DNA from: Phoronis australis
Taxonomy: Eukaryota; Animalia; Phoronida
Length of the DNA stretch: 64,000 bases
Assembly (NCBI GenBank): GCA_002633005.1
Contig: NMRA01000018.1
Coordinates: 707,131 to 771,130 of the forward strand
Direction: 5' to 3'
Shown: piece by piece, positions 51,685 through 64,000 of the stretch
How positions within the stretch are numbered: position 1 is the first letter of the stretch
Layout of the letters: every line of letters begins with the position of its first letter
Made by a program: the position numbers and the translations under genes
The notes under the pieces: generated by a model
What the model saw: the letters and a program-made list of their open reading frames with translations, nothing else
Databases searched by the model: none
Told to the model about the DNA's origin: nothing

Positions 51685-53400
51685 ATGCGGGTTCAGCTTA
51701 CTGTTGTGCCTGACTATTGTTTACTTAACACCTGTATGGATTACGGAATTGTCATTGGCATGTGCCTTCTTTTAGCCTGCGATGTTGAAGAAAGTCCTGG
51801 GCCTGAAGACAACACTACCTTTAAAATCATATTTTCAAATATTAATAGCATTAAATCCAACAATTTTTCCAGATTCCAATTTCTAAAAAACTTTGTTCTG
51901 TCTTAGGATAATATGATTGTCGCTGTTTGTGAAACTTTTAATGTTACCAAAGACGACCTTGATAATGAACTAATCATTCCTAGTTACAGTGTAGCCTATC
52001 ACAGTAACAGTGGCCGTGGCATCATCTTATTCACTAAAAACACTCACATTTAAATTATGTCCTAGCTTAACTTGTCTTCAGTGATGCAACTGCTGGATCG
52101 AAATTAATTTCGGTCACAGAAAAAATTACTATGGGTTGTTTTATTCATCACCTTCTCAATCACCAACTGAAAGAAAACTCTACTTCAAAGCCCTAGCTGA
52201 TCAGTTAGTGGAACTTAACCGCAATAGCGTTAGTATAATCATAAATGGTGATTTTAACGCCCGAAACTCTACATGGTACAATGATGATCATGACAATACA
52301 GCCGGACAGCAATTGTTTGATATCTTATTCTCTAATGACTGCATACAGCTAATTAATGAGCCAACCCGCATCACCGACTTTTCTCATTCATGTATTGTTC
52401 TCTGCATAACAAACAATTTGAGTGTCATTGACTCATGTTCTGTACTTCCTCCTGTAGGCAATTCTGATCACCACACAATCGAAACCACTCTAACACCTAA
52501 AAACCGGTTAAAGAACAACACACCACACGAACCATTTGGAAATATGATCAAGTTGACACCGACAAATTACGTCAGGATATCACCTACACTGACTGGGATT
52601 CCATATTGGACACTGGCGACATTGATGACATTGTTTCACTCTTCAGTTGGAGAAATTACAGTATCAAGCTGCCTTACTCATAACTGGAGCTTACAGGGGA
52701 TCCAATAGTGTTAAGGTTTTGAATAGTCTCAAGTGGCCCAAACTGTCTACTCGACGCAATCTTCACATGACCACATTCGAAGTAATAAACAACGTCTCTG
52801 TCAAAAAATGTTTTATCTACACAATAGACAAGGCCATCGTAGTAATTTGAGATCCTCCACCCCATATGCAATCCTCCGTCATGCAGTCAGGCATTCAGAA
52901 GGTCATGATGTGCATCAACAACTGGAATGCTCTTCCAGTCTCTGTTAAGGAAAGCAACTCTTTTACGAGTATAAAAAATAATTTTAGAACTGTTTTCAAA
53001 ATTTTGATAACTCAGCACCCTTAGCTCAATCCTCCTTTTCCCGCGATAACGAAATAACATTGTACATATCAAGATGTGGTCTTTTCCTCAATTCTGACAA
53101 GTTTAGGCATAACTTTAGTAACGTTTCTCCAAACTGTAAATGTGGTGACCATCAATCTTATCCTCATATTTTCTTCAAATGTCCCCTCATCGAATACCTG
53201 AGAGACTCACTCTTTCGTGCACTCAATGAAAACCAATGAATTGTTAATGTTCTCTATTCTTGTAATAATATCCCTACTAAAGTTACATCATTATTGAATG
53301 GTATTCCTAACTTTGACGTCGTTCTCAATGAATTCCTTCTAAGCAACGTTAGCAAATTTTTATGTACTGTTTATCAATATTGCTGCTTCTGATTTCCATA
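51685..53400 (+). mobile_element. CR1-type LINE ORF2 remnant with 2A-like motif, APE domain, RT deleted and C-terminus
   Basis: LLLACDVEESPGP; NINSI, VCETF, GDFNARNSTW, QLINEPTR and SDHH; then directly LEKLQYQAALLITGAYRGS..LKWPKLSTRR and a late C.CG...H.FF.CP motif. Confidence 0.82.
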
Positions 53401-53544
53401 CATGAATATGTACATGTTTTTGTTTTTATGTATTCGCAATAACATATCTAAATATTGGGATACTTACATTAGATATTAATTAAATGTATAAACCTCTATG
53501 TATATTAGTTTCATTTATGAATTGTTTACAACCTAGATGCCTGT

Positions 53545-56500
53545 AATCAAAATTTTAGGAAAATGCGTTGACGTCCGTTGAAGACAGAGAGGCAAACGTA
53601 AAATCTAAAATTGCCACTAGGGAGCACACCATGGCTCAGATCCGTCCGAAAGTCGTCGTTGTTCTTTGTCACCATCATGTAAATACACTTGTTAAATTTA
53701 GTAATGATTTGCAAACGGTTTAAGAGATACATGAACACCCATGGCGCAAAAAACGAAACTGCCACTAAGAGGCGCTACAGTAGCTGAAGTCATCGGAAAA
53801 CCACTGTCAGCCGTCCACGTCATAGTAAAAACATACATGTCAATTTTCACAATTATCCTGAAAGCAATTTGGTTGATAGAGGGATGGACGCCAAAAACAG
53901 ATTCGAAAAAGGTAAAGTTGGCCACTAGGTGGCGCAAACTAAGTCGAATCCATCTGAAAACGGAAAGATAGCGTCACGACACTAACAGAAGCCAGTACGC
54001 CAATTTTTTTGAAAATACGTTGAGGACCTTTGAAGATACAGAGGTTAACGTAAAAAAATAAAATTGCAACCAGGGGCACACCAGTAATCAAATCCGTCCG
54101 AAAGTCGTCCTCGTCCTTTGTCAACATCACATAAATGTACTTTCTAAATTTGGTAGATCCTGCATACGGTTTAGGAGATACAGCCAAAGGCGCAAAAAAG
54201 AAACTACCACTAGGAGGCGCCACGTTGGAAAATCATCGTCAGCCGTCCTCTTCATAGTAAGAACATACATGCCAATTTCCACAATTATCATTTTTAGAGC
54301 GCTTTGGTTGATAGAGGGGTGGACGACTAAAAACATACTCGAAAACAATAAAAATGGCCACTAGCTGGCGCAAATTACGTCGAATCTATCCAAAAACGGG
54401 TGGATAGCGTCATCTCACTAATAGATGTCTACATGCCACATTTTATGTAAATACGCGGAAGACCTATACAGGTAAAAGCGTAAAAAACTAAAATTGCCAC
54501 TACTGCCTAGGGGGCAGACCGGTAATCGAAACCGTCCGAAAGTTCGCTCATGCCGTCCCCTCTATGAAAGTAACACATGTGCAAATTTTCGTGAACATAC
54601 GTCAAACGGTTTTGGAGTTAGAGCAGCGGACGCCGGACGCCTAACGGACGAACGCCGCCCGGGCGGACGCATAAAAATGACACTAAGAGGCACCACAATA
54701 GTTGGACCCATCCGAAAATCAATGTCAGTCATGCCCTTGTCAGTGAGAATACATCTTAACATTTTCATAATGATCCTATGAAGAGTTTGGCAGACACAGT
54801 CAAACAACAGAAACTAGACTCGAAAAATTAAAAACAGCCTACAGAATCTACCCTCTGACACAGCGCTACCTATACTGAAAAGTGACCCAGTGGAAACATG
54901 CACACGCCTATGCACGGTGCTTTGGGCTTAGCCATGGGATCGGGGTTTCCTTGATTTTGTTTACTTCGATCATTGCCGTTTTAATAAATTGCAAATATTC
55001 AAGTCAAAGGTGGTCGCCATACTACGTAACAGTAAACTGAAAGAGGTTTCTCAGATTTCAACCAGTGGGAATGACTGAATGTTATGACGTCAGTTTTACA
55101 AATGAGAGGCCATGATAAACAATATTCCACAGTGTATACAGAAGCAGGCAACAAAAACAGGCTTAGAAATATTTAAAACGGCCATTAGGTGGCACAGATT
55201 ACGTCAAGTCGGTTCCAAAAAACTGTGTTGTCATCTTCATTATAACTTGTTTACCAAATTTCATGAAAAAATATCAAGGAACTCTGAAGATACAAAGGCA
55301 AACGTAAAAACTAAAATTGCCACTAGGGGAAACAGCGGTGGTCAGAATCGTCCAAAAAGTCGTGGGCAGCCATAGTCACATATAGGAAAACACCCACAAA
55401 CGTTTACATATTTTCTGCAAAAATCTGGAACTACAGACATGGCTCCAAAAATACAAAATTACGAGTACGGGATGCCACAGATGTCAAACTCATCTGAAAA
55501 TCAACATCAGCCATAGTCTTCTCATCAGGAACACAACCATGATTTTCATAATGATCCTTTGAGCAGTTTTGGCAGATAAACAGGCGGAGGACAAAAATGC
55601 ATTACAAGAGCAACGCGGAGCGTTAAAATGCGCCCACGAATGCATCGCAAATGGTGTGCTTTTAAGGTTATCTATATGTATCATAAAAATGGCCAATAGA
55701 TGGTGCAAAAATGTACAATCCATCCAAAAACGGGAACATGCCATATTTCATAAAAATCTGTCACGGAACTTCCGAGAAACAAAAGGAAAACAGAAGAGAA
55801 TGAAATTGCTACTTTTGGGAACAGCGTCCGTTCGATCCGCCTAAAAGTTGTCGTATGTTTTCTTCATATAAATTCACTACAACATTTAATACAGATCCTG
55901 TAGTGGGTCTTAATGATACAGCTATGGGCGAAAAACAAAACTACCACTAAGAGACGCCACAGTAGTCAGTCGTCATCATCAAAGCTCCACTTCACACAGA
56001 AAACATATGCCAATTTTCAAAACCATCCCTAAAATGATTTGGTTGATCAAGGGGTGGACGCCAAAAACAAGATTTAAAAACAGCACAAATGGCCACTAGA
56101 TGGTGCAAAATATCTCGCTTCCATCCAAAAACAGGATAATAGCGCCATCTCACCAATAGATGCCTATGAAATTTTATGAAATTCTGTTGAGGACCTTTGA
56201 AGATACCGACTGGTAAACGTAAAGGTAAGCGTAAAAACTAAAATTGCCACTAGAGGGCGTACCAGTAGTCAGATCCGTTCGAAAATCGTCACCGTCCGTT
56301 GTCAACATCATATAATACACTTGCAAAGTTAAGATCCCGCAAACAGGTTAATAGGAGATACAGCCATGAGCGCAAAAAATACCTCTAGGAGGCGCAACAG
56401 TAGTCGAGCTCGTCGGAAAATCATCGTCAGCCATCCACTTCATAGTAAAAACACACATGCCAATTTTCACATTTATCCTGAAAACTGTTTGGTTGATAGA

Positions 56501-57020
56501 CGAGTGGACGCCAAAAAACAGACTCACAAACAGTAAAAATGGCCACTATGTGGCGCAAACTGGGTCAAACCCATCTGAAAACGGAGAGATAGAGTCACCT
56601 CATTAACACATGCCAGTATGCCAAATTTTATGAAAATACATTGAGGACCTTTAAACATACAGAGTTTAACGCAAAAAAATAAAATTGCCACTAGGGGGCA
56701 CACCAGTAGTCAGATCCGTCTGAAAGTCGTCGTCCTCTGTTGTTAACATCATATAAATACACTTAATAAATTTAGTAAAGATCATCTGAACGGTTCAGGA
56801 GATACAGCTATAGGCGCAAAAAAAAACTGCCACTAGGAGGCGCCACAGTAATCGAAGTCGTCGGAAAATCATCGTCAACCGTCGTCTTCATAGTAAAAAC
56901 ATACAAGCCAATTTTCACAATCATACTTAGAGCGGTTTGGTTTATAGAGAGGTGGACGCTAAAAAGCAGACTCGAAAACAGTAAAAATGGCTACTAGGTG
57001 GCGCAAACTACGCCGAATCG
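53545..57020 (-). repeat. Tandem cluster of HINE copies with ~400-450 bp internal repeat units
   Basis: GGCCACTAGGTGGCGCAAA-type motif recurs near 53920, 54356, 55691, 56091, 56541 and 56989. A GGAC-rich tract plus GGACGCATAAAAA end lies at ~54625-54677, and a new ACAAGAG-hairpin end at 55604. Decayed relatives occur at ~18460-19480, ~33170-33360 and 62697-62945. Confidence 0.75.
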
Positions 57021-57034
57021 GATTTGATAGGTTG

Positions 57035-57470
57035 CTAGGGTGTCGTTTCCGTGTATAAAGGAGTGTACAAAAAGTTTCAACGTGTTGGGTTTGATTATGG
57101 GATCAATGTTGTTCACCGTTCGGGTAACATTCCCCGACATTCGTTAGCGTATCCTAAGGACACACCAAGTAAAGAAAACGCCAGTGAGACAATTTATCAC
57201 ATCCATTGTGATGGTGACAATTGTACCGAGGAATGCATTGGTAAAACTCAACAACCCCTATGGTTGTACCAACGCCGGAGAAACGCGGGGGAGGTGTTTC
57301 ATCGGCGGTGCATAGGCACGTGCATGCGAATGATCGCGAGCTCGGTTACGACGATGTTGAAATTTAATGTGGGGACAAGAAATGGTTCGAAAGACGCATC
57401 AAGGAGGCCATCTTCATTAAAACATCTCTGTCGAACACCGCCATTTTGATATGCCCAAAGGTCAGAGAAT
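57035..57470 (+). mobile_element. Penelope-like element GIY-YIG endonuclease remnant
   Basis: FPCIKGVYKKFQR...PKD..SKENASETIYHIHC...CTEECIGKTQQPL, a frameshift, then SAVHRHVH...KWFERRIKEAIFIK. Confidence 0.75.
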
Positions 57471-58206
57471 TTTTGGTTGTTCAAAGAATATTCCCTAGCA
57501 ACAGGCTTGTAAGGTGTTTGTGTGGGTGGAATTATTAGAGATATCAAAAGGTCAGGTGTATTCACATCCGGTTGTAGGTTTGACTATCACTGTGAACCAA
57601 GGCGATCAAATTTACTTAATTACAGCAAATCCATAAATGTCTTAATATTCTGAGCTATAGAAAAACCGTACCCCACCACAATCTGAGATTCGATTCTAAA
57701 ATGCTCACTCCAAGCTGGTGTATCAGTTTCATGATATGGCGATAAAGATAGACATTTGCTGATCTAGAAAGATTTTAATTCCTCTAATTTATTACCTAAG
57801 CGAGTACTGTTGTTGAAATTTGACGTACTCTCGTGATGAATCAGGACTGAACTCAGTCGCCTAGTATTGGGTGTGGGAGATGCGACGTATTAATACTTCA
57901 CAAACTTGATGCATTATCACCATTCGTCATATGCAAAGAACAGGTAAAATTTGGAAATAAATAACAAAGTTGGTATAAAAAGTGCCAAAATGAAAATCAA
58001 AAACAACCAAACAAGATTACAACGCATTTACTCTCACGGTGATATCAATACATTTTTAAGGACAGCATGACCGTCATTCAGGAATCGTTCCTGAACTGAT
58101 GCGCAGGAACGCAGGTCACGGAAATAGACGAGAATACTCGATGATTTTCTGATCTCGGCCGAGGTACAAAATTGAGCGAAAAAAGGAGTTGAACATTATG
58201 GTATGT

Positions 58207-60567
58207 TAACGGCTAAATCACAATCAAGGTCCATATTCGAGAGTTGACTGTGTTACGGTCTAAAATAAATTTTTGAGCTAACTTACCAAATGCCAATTGA
58301 ACTGAATCTCATATGCAAAGAGTTATTTAGTTGTGCAAATTAAAAAAGAATCATCAAAATTGGACAATGTTTGAGAAATTTATGCATGTTTTTGTCTATG
58401 AATTTCATGCATTTTTAGCGTTACGAGTGGCCTCTTCAAAAATAACAATTTTCAACTGTCAAGAGTAGAAAAGAAATTAATTTTATTCAGCAAACAATTG
58501 CTTAGACATGACTGGGAATAACTTCAGTCACTTTCAGAATCAATGATTAGATGAAGTTGTGCTTAATCACTGAGAAATGGTTGGGTTCATCATAAAACAG
58601 GCACTCGTTACGAAATTTGTAAATTCTGTGTTTCTAACCCTCACCTACTGTAAATAAGGTTAAAAACTAAAGTTCACACTCTGTAACGAAAAGAACTGCA
58701 AAATATGTCAGCCTAGGCAACACAGCAAATTATTCAATATCTAAACAAACCAAAAGTTTGGATACTGAATGGTTTCTGCTATGTTGAAAATGGACCAAAA
58801 AGGCTAACAAAATGTAGTGTACGTACCCCAACGTGGAATTCAGTAATACAAATGGTCATTGCAAATGAAATTATTGCCTTTTAAACAACAACATGGTGCT
58901 TACTATCACCAAAGAAAAATAAATGGCCATACAACATTATGTTACCATGTGATGCAGAAACAGTTATGTAGTGTACGTACCCCCATGATTACAAATGCCA
59001 TGAAATCAATATATCACTTGGTAAGTGAGCAACATTGGTCATAGACAGTTTCCTTCCTCGAAAATGTTAGGTTAACAGAGTGTTTATTGCCAATACACTT
59101 GTTTTTAGTGGAATATTAGCATTTGTGTAGTGTACGTACCCCCATATTTTAATTTGTGCCTATTTTCAAAGTATGGCAGATATGCACATGAATGCTGTGC
59201 TTTTTATTTTTTCTTTGATTTAGTAAATCACTCTCAGTAGATTCTAAGTATTTAGTTACAAACCTGACATGTCACTGAAATGTAGTGTACGTACCCCTGT
59301 GTAGTGTACGTACAGTACCCCCATGTGAAGAAATACCATGAAACAAAAATATTACACGGTAAGTAAGCATCACTTGTCACAGACAGCTTCCTCCATTAAA
59401 AGACCTAGGTTAAAAGGATGTTAATTACAAATACATTTGTTTTGGGTGAAATACATGTATTAGCATTTGTGTCGTGTACGTACCCCTATATTTTAACATG
59501 TGCCTGTTTTCAAACAATGACAGACAGATACGCACATGACTGCATGCTGTACTTTTTATTTGTTCTCTTTGAATATTGGTAAATGAACTAATTCTCATTA
59601 CATTTTAATCTGAAAAGTCATTAAAATGTAGTGTACGTACCCCTGTGTAGTGTACATACCTTCAACCTCTGTGCTATAAAATATTGCCCACAAGAATTTT
59701 TACATACAGCTGCTGTTCCTATGAATAATACTGATATTTCCAAAATGAATACAGTCTGACAAAAAAAAACAATGGACATTATCCAATTTGTGGACAACAA
59801 AATGCCACACAAGACTTTGCTAGTACTGAAAGTCCTAGAAGGCACGTCATGTGACAACTGGTGTTGCAGAGGCAGGTTCTCTATCTCTCAAGACAACTTC
59901 GATTTGCAACAAACCAACAAGCAGAGGCAGCACAAAACTCGAGACCATCCCATACATTTGTAACTTAGTCAACATTTCCCGTTGATTGACTGTGCGTAGT
60001 GTACGTACCCCCCCCCCCNAGTACCATTTTTATTGTTTACATGTGGAACACTGGACCTAGCATTGCTTTAACTATTTTGACCAACTGGTAAATGTAGTGA
60101 AATCTAGGCAAATAGCACCAATAAAGTTTTTGAAAAGTAGTTACTTGTCATTTTCTTTTTGTAAGAATCATATTGCAAGAGAAGGAAGTTCTCATTATAT
60201 TGTGTTAAGATATGCAATGTATCATCATCTAGAACAAATTGATCAGCACGGTAATAACTTTTCTTATTTTAGTATGTGATACTTCCTCAATTTAATCAAA
60301 ACTTTATTAAATCATAAGCTACCTTATGATTTTTTGCATGGTAGGTGTGGGTTGTGACCACACGTTGTAGTGTACGTACCCTTTTATACAATTGCGATGC
60401 ATTAGGCCATAAAATTTTATTCGGTGGTTCTTGTGCAAAAATATTTAAGATTACAAACCTGGAATGATGGTGCTTGAAAATAACCCAGCTTTTACAGTTA
60501 TATGACAACCTTCATTTTTCATCAAAAGTGGCCACCGAATATGGACCTTGATTGCCATTTGGCCGTA
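58207..60567. mobile_element. Unclassified TIR element containing a spaced 17-bp motif array
   Basis: Inverted ends ACGGCTAAATCACAATCAAGGTCCATATTCG / CGAATATGGACCTTGATTGCCATTTGGCCGT. No clear TSD. Confidence 0.7.
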
Positions 60568-62343
60568 AATATTACTTTATTTAGTGTAAATTTTTAATTT
60601 TTTGATCTAGATTGCCGTTTGAGACAAGGACTTTAAAAATTGAAAATGAAATGGTGTTGAGTTCATTTGTTTATTCGCGCCTTCACCTGATCAATTCAAC
60701 TTTCAAGTTATTTAAGTTTTCACTATAACCCAAACCAACACCTGCTTTAATTTCTTAAATGTTCGAAAGAGCGCCTCAAGTGAGCGTTTATTTATGAAAA
60801 ACCGTTGGTGGAAAAAGGTTATAACTGTATGCCATGCGCAAGATATTACTCTAAACTAATATTCCATTTACGGTGACAACGTGTTTTATCACTCGATTAC
60901 CACAAAATCATGAACAACGTCTTCATTGCAGTGGCGAATCTAGAATATCATAAGATTGGGCCCAACATTTTGTCTCGTAGACAATCACGCTTGCGTAAAG
61001 GCACGTAGCGCAGAAGGGGTGAGGTCGGGAGCGTTTTTCCATCCAGGAGAAAATTTTGTTTTTGCCTCTGAAAACGAGCACTTTTCCTTGATTTCTGAAG
61101 GATAATCAGCCCTTGTCGGCTCTACTTTGGCCGGGTGATTTAAAATGGAAAACTCGTAAATCACAACGATTCGAACTCAGAACCTATTGATTAGAGCGCG
61201 CATTATTTTCTATTGCGCCATACGCTTCCAGCTACCAGGTTGCGCTAAGAGACATACTTGTTTATGGCCTCAACGTTCGCGCGCAAACATGCTTCTTTCC
61301 GTAATAGTTAATGCTTCATATTTTTTGCAGTCAGTTCGCAGCAAAAATTGTTGTATTTAAAATAATCTTCAGTTGCCTAAAAGACCAAATCCATTTTTCG
61401 TGTTCGCATTTCCCACGCGCTTGCTTTGCAAATCCTCTAAATTTTAATGTTTGAAAAAGACTTATGAGTTTCTGAGTGATTCACTAAGGCTTCGATTAAA
61501 ATTTACATTTTACCAACAGCTTCTGTTTCTTCAACACTCAGCTTCCATCTACTTTGAAAAAAAAGTAAATTAACTTTTCTTCATTGCACAGTGAAGCAGA
61601 CGATGGAAACGGAGCTCCAGCCCTAACCCCACCCACCCCACAAACACAACCACACACAAACTAAAACTCTACACATTGTTAAATCTTATTTCGGCCGTAT
61701 AATGTTAATTACCGGGTTAATTCCTAAACTCCATATTTCCTCACGCTTTTGGTGCTGTACTTTTTTGCGGCCGCCAAGGGAGAGGGGCCCGGGCACCCTG
61801 CCCCCCACTCCCGTCCCCCTAAACACATCACGCAAAAGTTGCAGTGCAGTCGAAAAATTCAAATTACTGAGTAAAATGCACGATTGAGCAGGTTTTTCTT
61901 TAAAATTACCAAAAGCCTTCCAATGCCAACTTCTCCTTTCGAATGAGCGCTCTCTGAGGGACGCTGTTTTTGGGGTGTGATTTTTTGGAAATTCCCAATA
62001 GATGCTAACCTAATCCTACAATTTCGTCCAACTGAAAACCGAACGTTGGTGTTTAATCTGAATGCAAGTAATGCGTAAGCAAGTACATGCAAATGTTCAT
62101 TAGGCCAGACGTTTACCAACCGAACAGGCCTAAATAAGGGGCAAGAATCTTCACTGCATTCAAAACAGTAGTGTGTATTTGATGCAGTGCGCCAGAACGT
62201 CAATTTCAAGCATGGTTTTACTCAAATCGTTCACGTATATGCGCATGCGCCTAATTGCGAACATCAGGCGTAGCTTCGAGACAGGCACAACTACGACCAC
62301 ATAAGGTAAAAATAAAACTTTGTTCTTATCGGTCATTGAATTT

Positions 62344-62694
62344 GGTACGCAATGGCGACATTTTAAAAATCTAAGAAGAATTTCTTTTGCTGAAACCGTC
62401 ATTCCGAAGTAAACGATTTACATTTTTGGCACTTCAGTGTCTCATATCCTTTTCTCAGAAACACTAATTAAATGTCTTTTCAATTAGTTAGCATTCAGGC
62501 ATTCTTTGTTGGATATAGCAAACTTCAACCCGTCGCTAATCAAGGAATTCACGAGGATGCAAAAATGGTAAACAAATATGTGAGCCGATAAGTCGCCACT
62601 TTTCGGAATGTTGGCCCATTGGACTATCGGCACTTCGGAATATCCGCCCTTGGTACTATCGGCCCTTCGGGGTGAATATTGCCCGTTGCGTACC
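62344..62694. mobile_element. Small TIR element with ~16-bp subterminal tandem repeats
   Basis: GGTACGCAA...TTGCGTACC ends, ATTT on both flanks, and TTCGGAATATCGGCCC-like units at 62600-62680. Confidence 0.5.
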
Positions 62695-64000
62695 ATTTTT
62701 ATGCGCCCACATATTTATATGTTCATGAAATTTTGCACGTGTGTTGCTTTCATGGATGGGACGGCATGAGCGAACTTTCGGACGGATCCGACAACTGTTG
62801 TGCCACCTAGTAGCAATTTTAAATTTTTTTTAAGTTTACCTCTATCTTCAAAGCTCATCGACATATTTTCACAAATTTTGGTACAGGTGTGTATAGGCAT
62901 CTATTAGTGAGGCGACGGTAACCTCGCGTTTTCGGGTGGATTCTCAACGAGTGACTCACTTTTAAACGCGTTACGCAACTGGACAAGGCAGTGTCGAAAT
63001 GCTCTTCCTGCAACTCTCTATCCGATGGCTTAGTAACTAAATGGTACTTTGGCCTCCGAACCTCAGATAGTTTGGGAGCACCGCAAACCCTTAATCCAAT
63101 ATTGAGTGTTTTACCTGGCAGCAGTATTTGTTTAATTGACTCGTTATTACAGGCAGGTGTTGAAATACCATTTTTATTATATTTATCTGAGAATACTAAC
63201 CTTTGTTTATCTCTTTAGGTCCACAAATGCCGCACGACGAAGAGCAGTTTGTGGTCATGAATTGTTTGGCACGAACACACCAGCCTTCTTTTGCCCACTG
63301 TGAACACCTAACTTCGTAGTCTACACAACGGAGGTCTACTCTAAGGCCCGAGGTAACTGCGTAATGCTTTTGTCGGTCGACTATTTCTACAAATAAACAT
63401 AACGAATAATGTACTGGCGATGTTCACAGGAAATCATAATAAGCTGCGCATGATGTAAGATTGTTTGTAATATGGTGAAAGGCAAAACTTACATTTAAAA
63501 GTAATATTAACGTTTATATTTCCCCATTTTTGTTCTCGACGCACATACGTACTTGCGAATACGATAAATAAGCCCCTGCAGAAGGAACAGGTTTACAATG
63601 CCCACTGGCAACTAGAAGATAATGTTGCTAACAACACATTTAAAGGCAATTGTTCAAACAACTCTGCACCTCTTAAGAGTGGCAGATTGCTTCGGGAGGT
63701 CCTTAAGTTCAACACAAGTGTCAAAGACAGATTTAGGGGTTCAGCCGCTCTGACCATGCCCGCCTCTCAATGGAAACAATCACAAACAAATTTAGGGTTA
63801 GGATCGTGAACGCCTATCCATGGTATTGGGATTTACAACAGTTTCTCACATAATATTATCTGTATTTCAGTATGTATTTGGTCGTTTAATTTGTATTAGA
63901 GATTGTATTGCTTTTATAATTGTTCTTGGTTTAACGGTATACTAAATACTCGTAAATACTCGTATCGTGTCGTATCGTATATTCAAATCGTATAGTATCC

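Noticed and set aside
58813-60382. CRISPR-like repeat-spacer array
   Set aside because: The repeat is only 17 bp, spacers run up to ~350 bp and are partly duplicated, there are no cas genes, the context is eukaryotic, and the array lies inside a TIR element.
63219-63352. Exon-like segment with AG/GT boundaries
   Set aside because: All three frames contain stops and no recognisable protein is encoded.

Overview
This is AT-rich, intron-containing, transposon-dense metazoan DNA; the element repertoire suggests an invertebrate, but the species cannot be read from the sequence. The only intact host coding sequences are two near-identical DUF229-family (alkaline phosphatase/sulfatase-fold) exons, at 21032-22866 (+) and 37381-39215 (-). 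They face tail-to-tail in the arms of a ~31 kb imperfect palindrome (arms ~16950-31663 and ~33427-47710, spacer ~1.8 kb). A second inverted duplication (~260-7627 vs 12420-16945) abuts it. The rest is nested TE debris: a fragmented R1/LOA-type LINE, two P-like THAP elements with 7-bp TSDs, three TTAA Kolobok-like families, Helentron-type HINEs, CR1/L2-group, RTEX, Penelope and Sola2 remnants, and MITEs. Comparing duplicated copies shows a recurrent precise TA to TACATGTA insertion that looks like a transposon excision footprint. All alignments were done by eye, so boundaries not fixed by a TSD or splice site are approximate.
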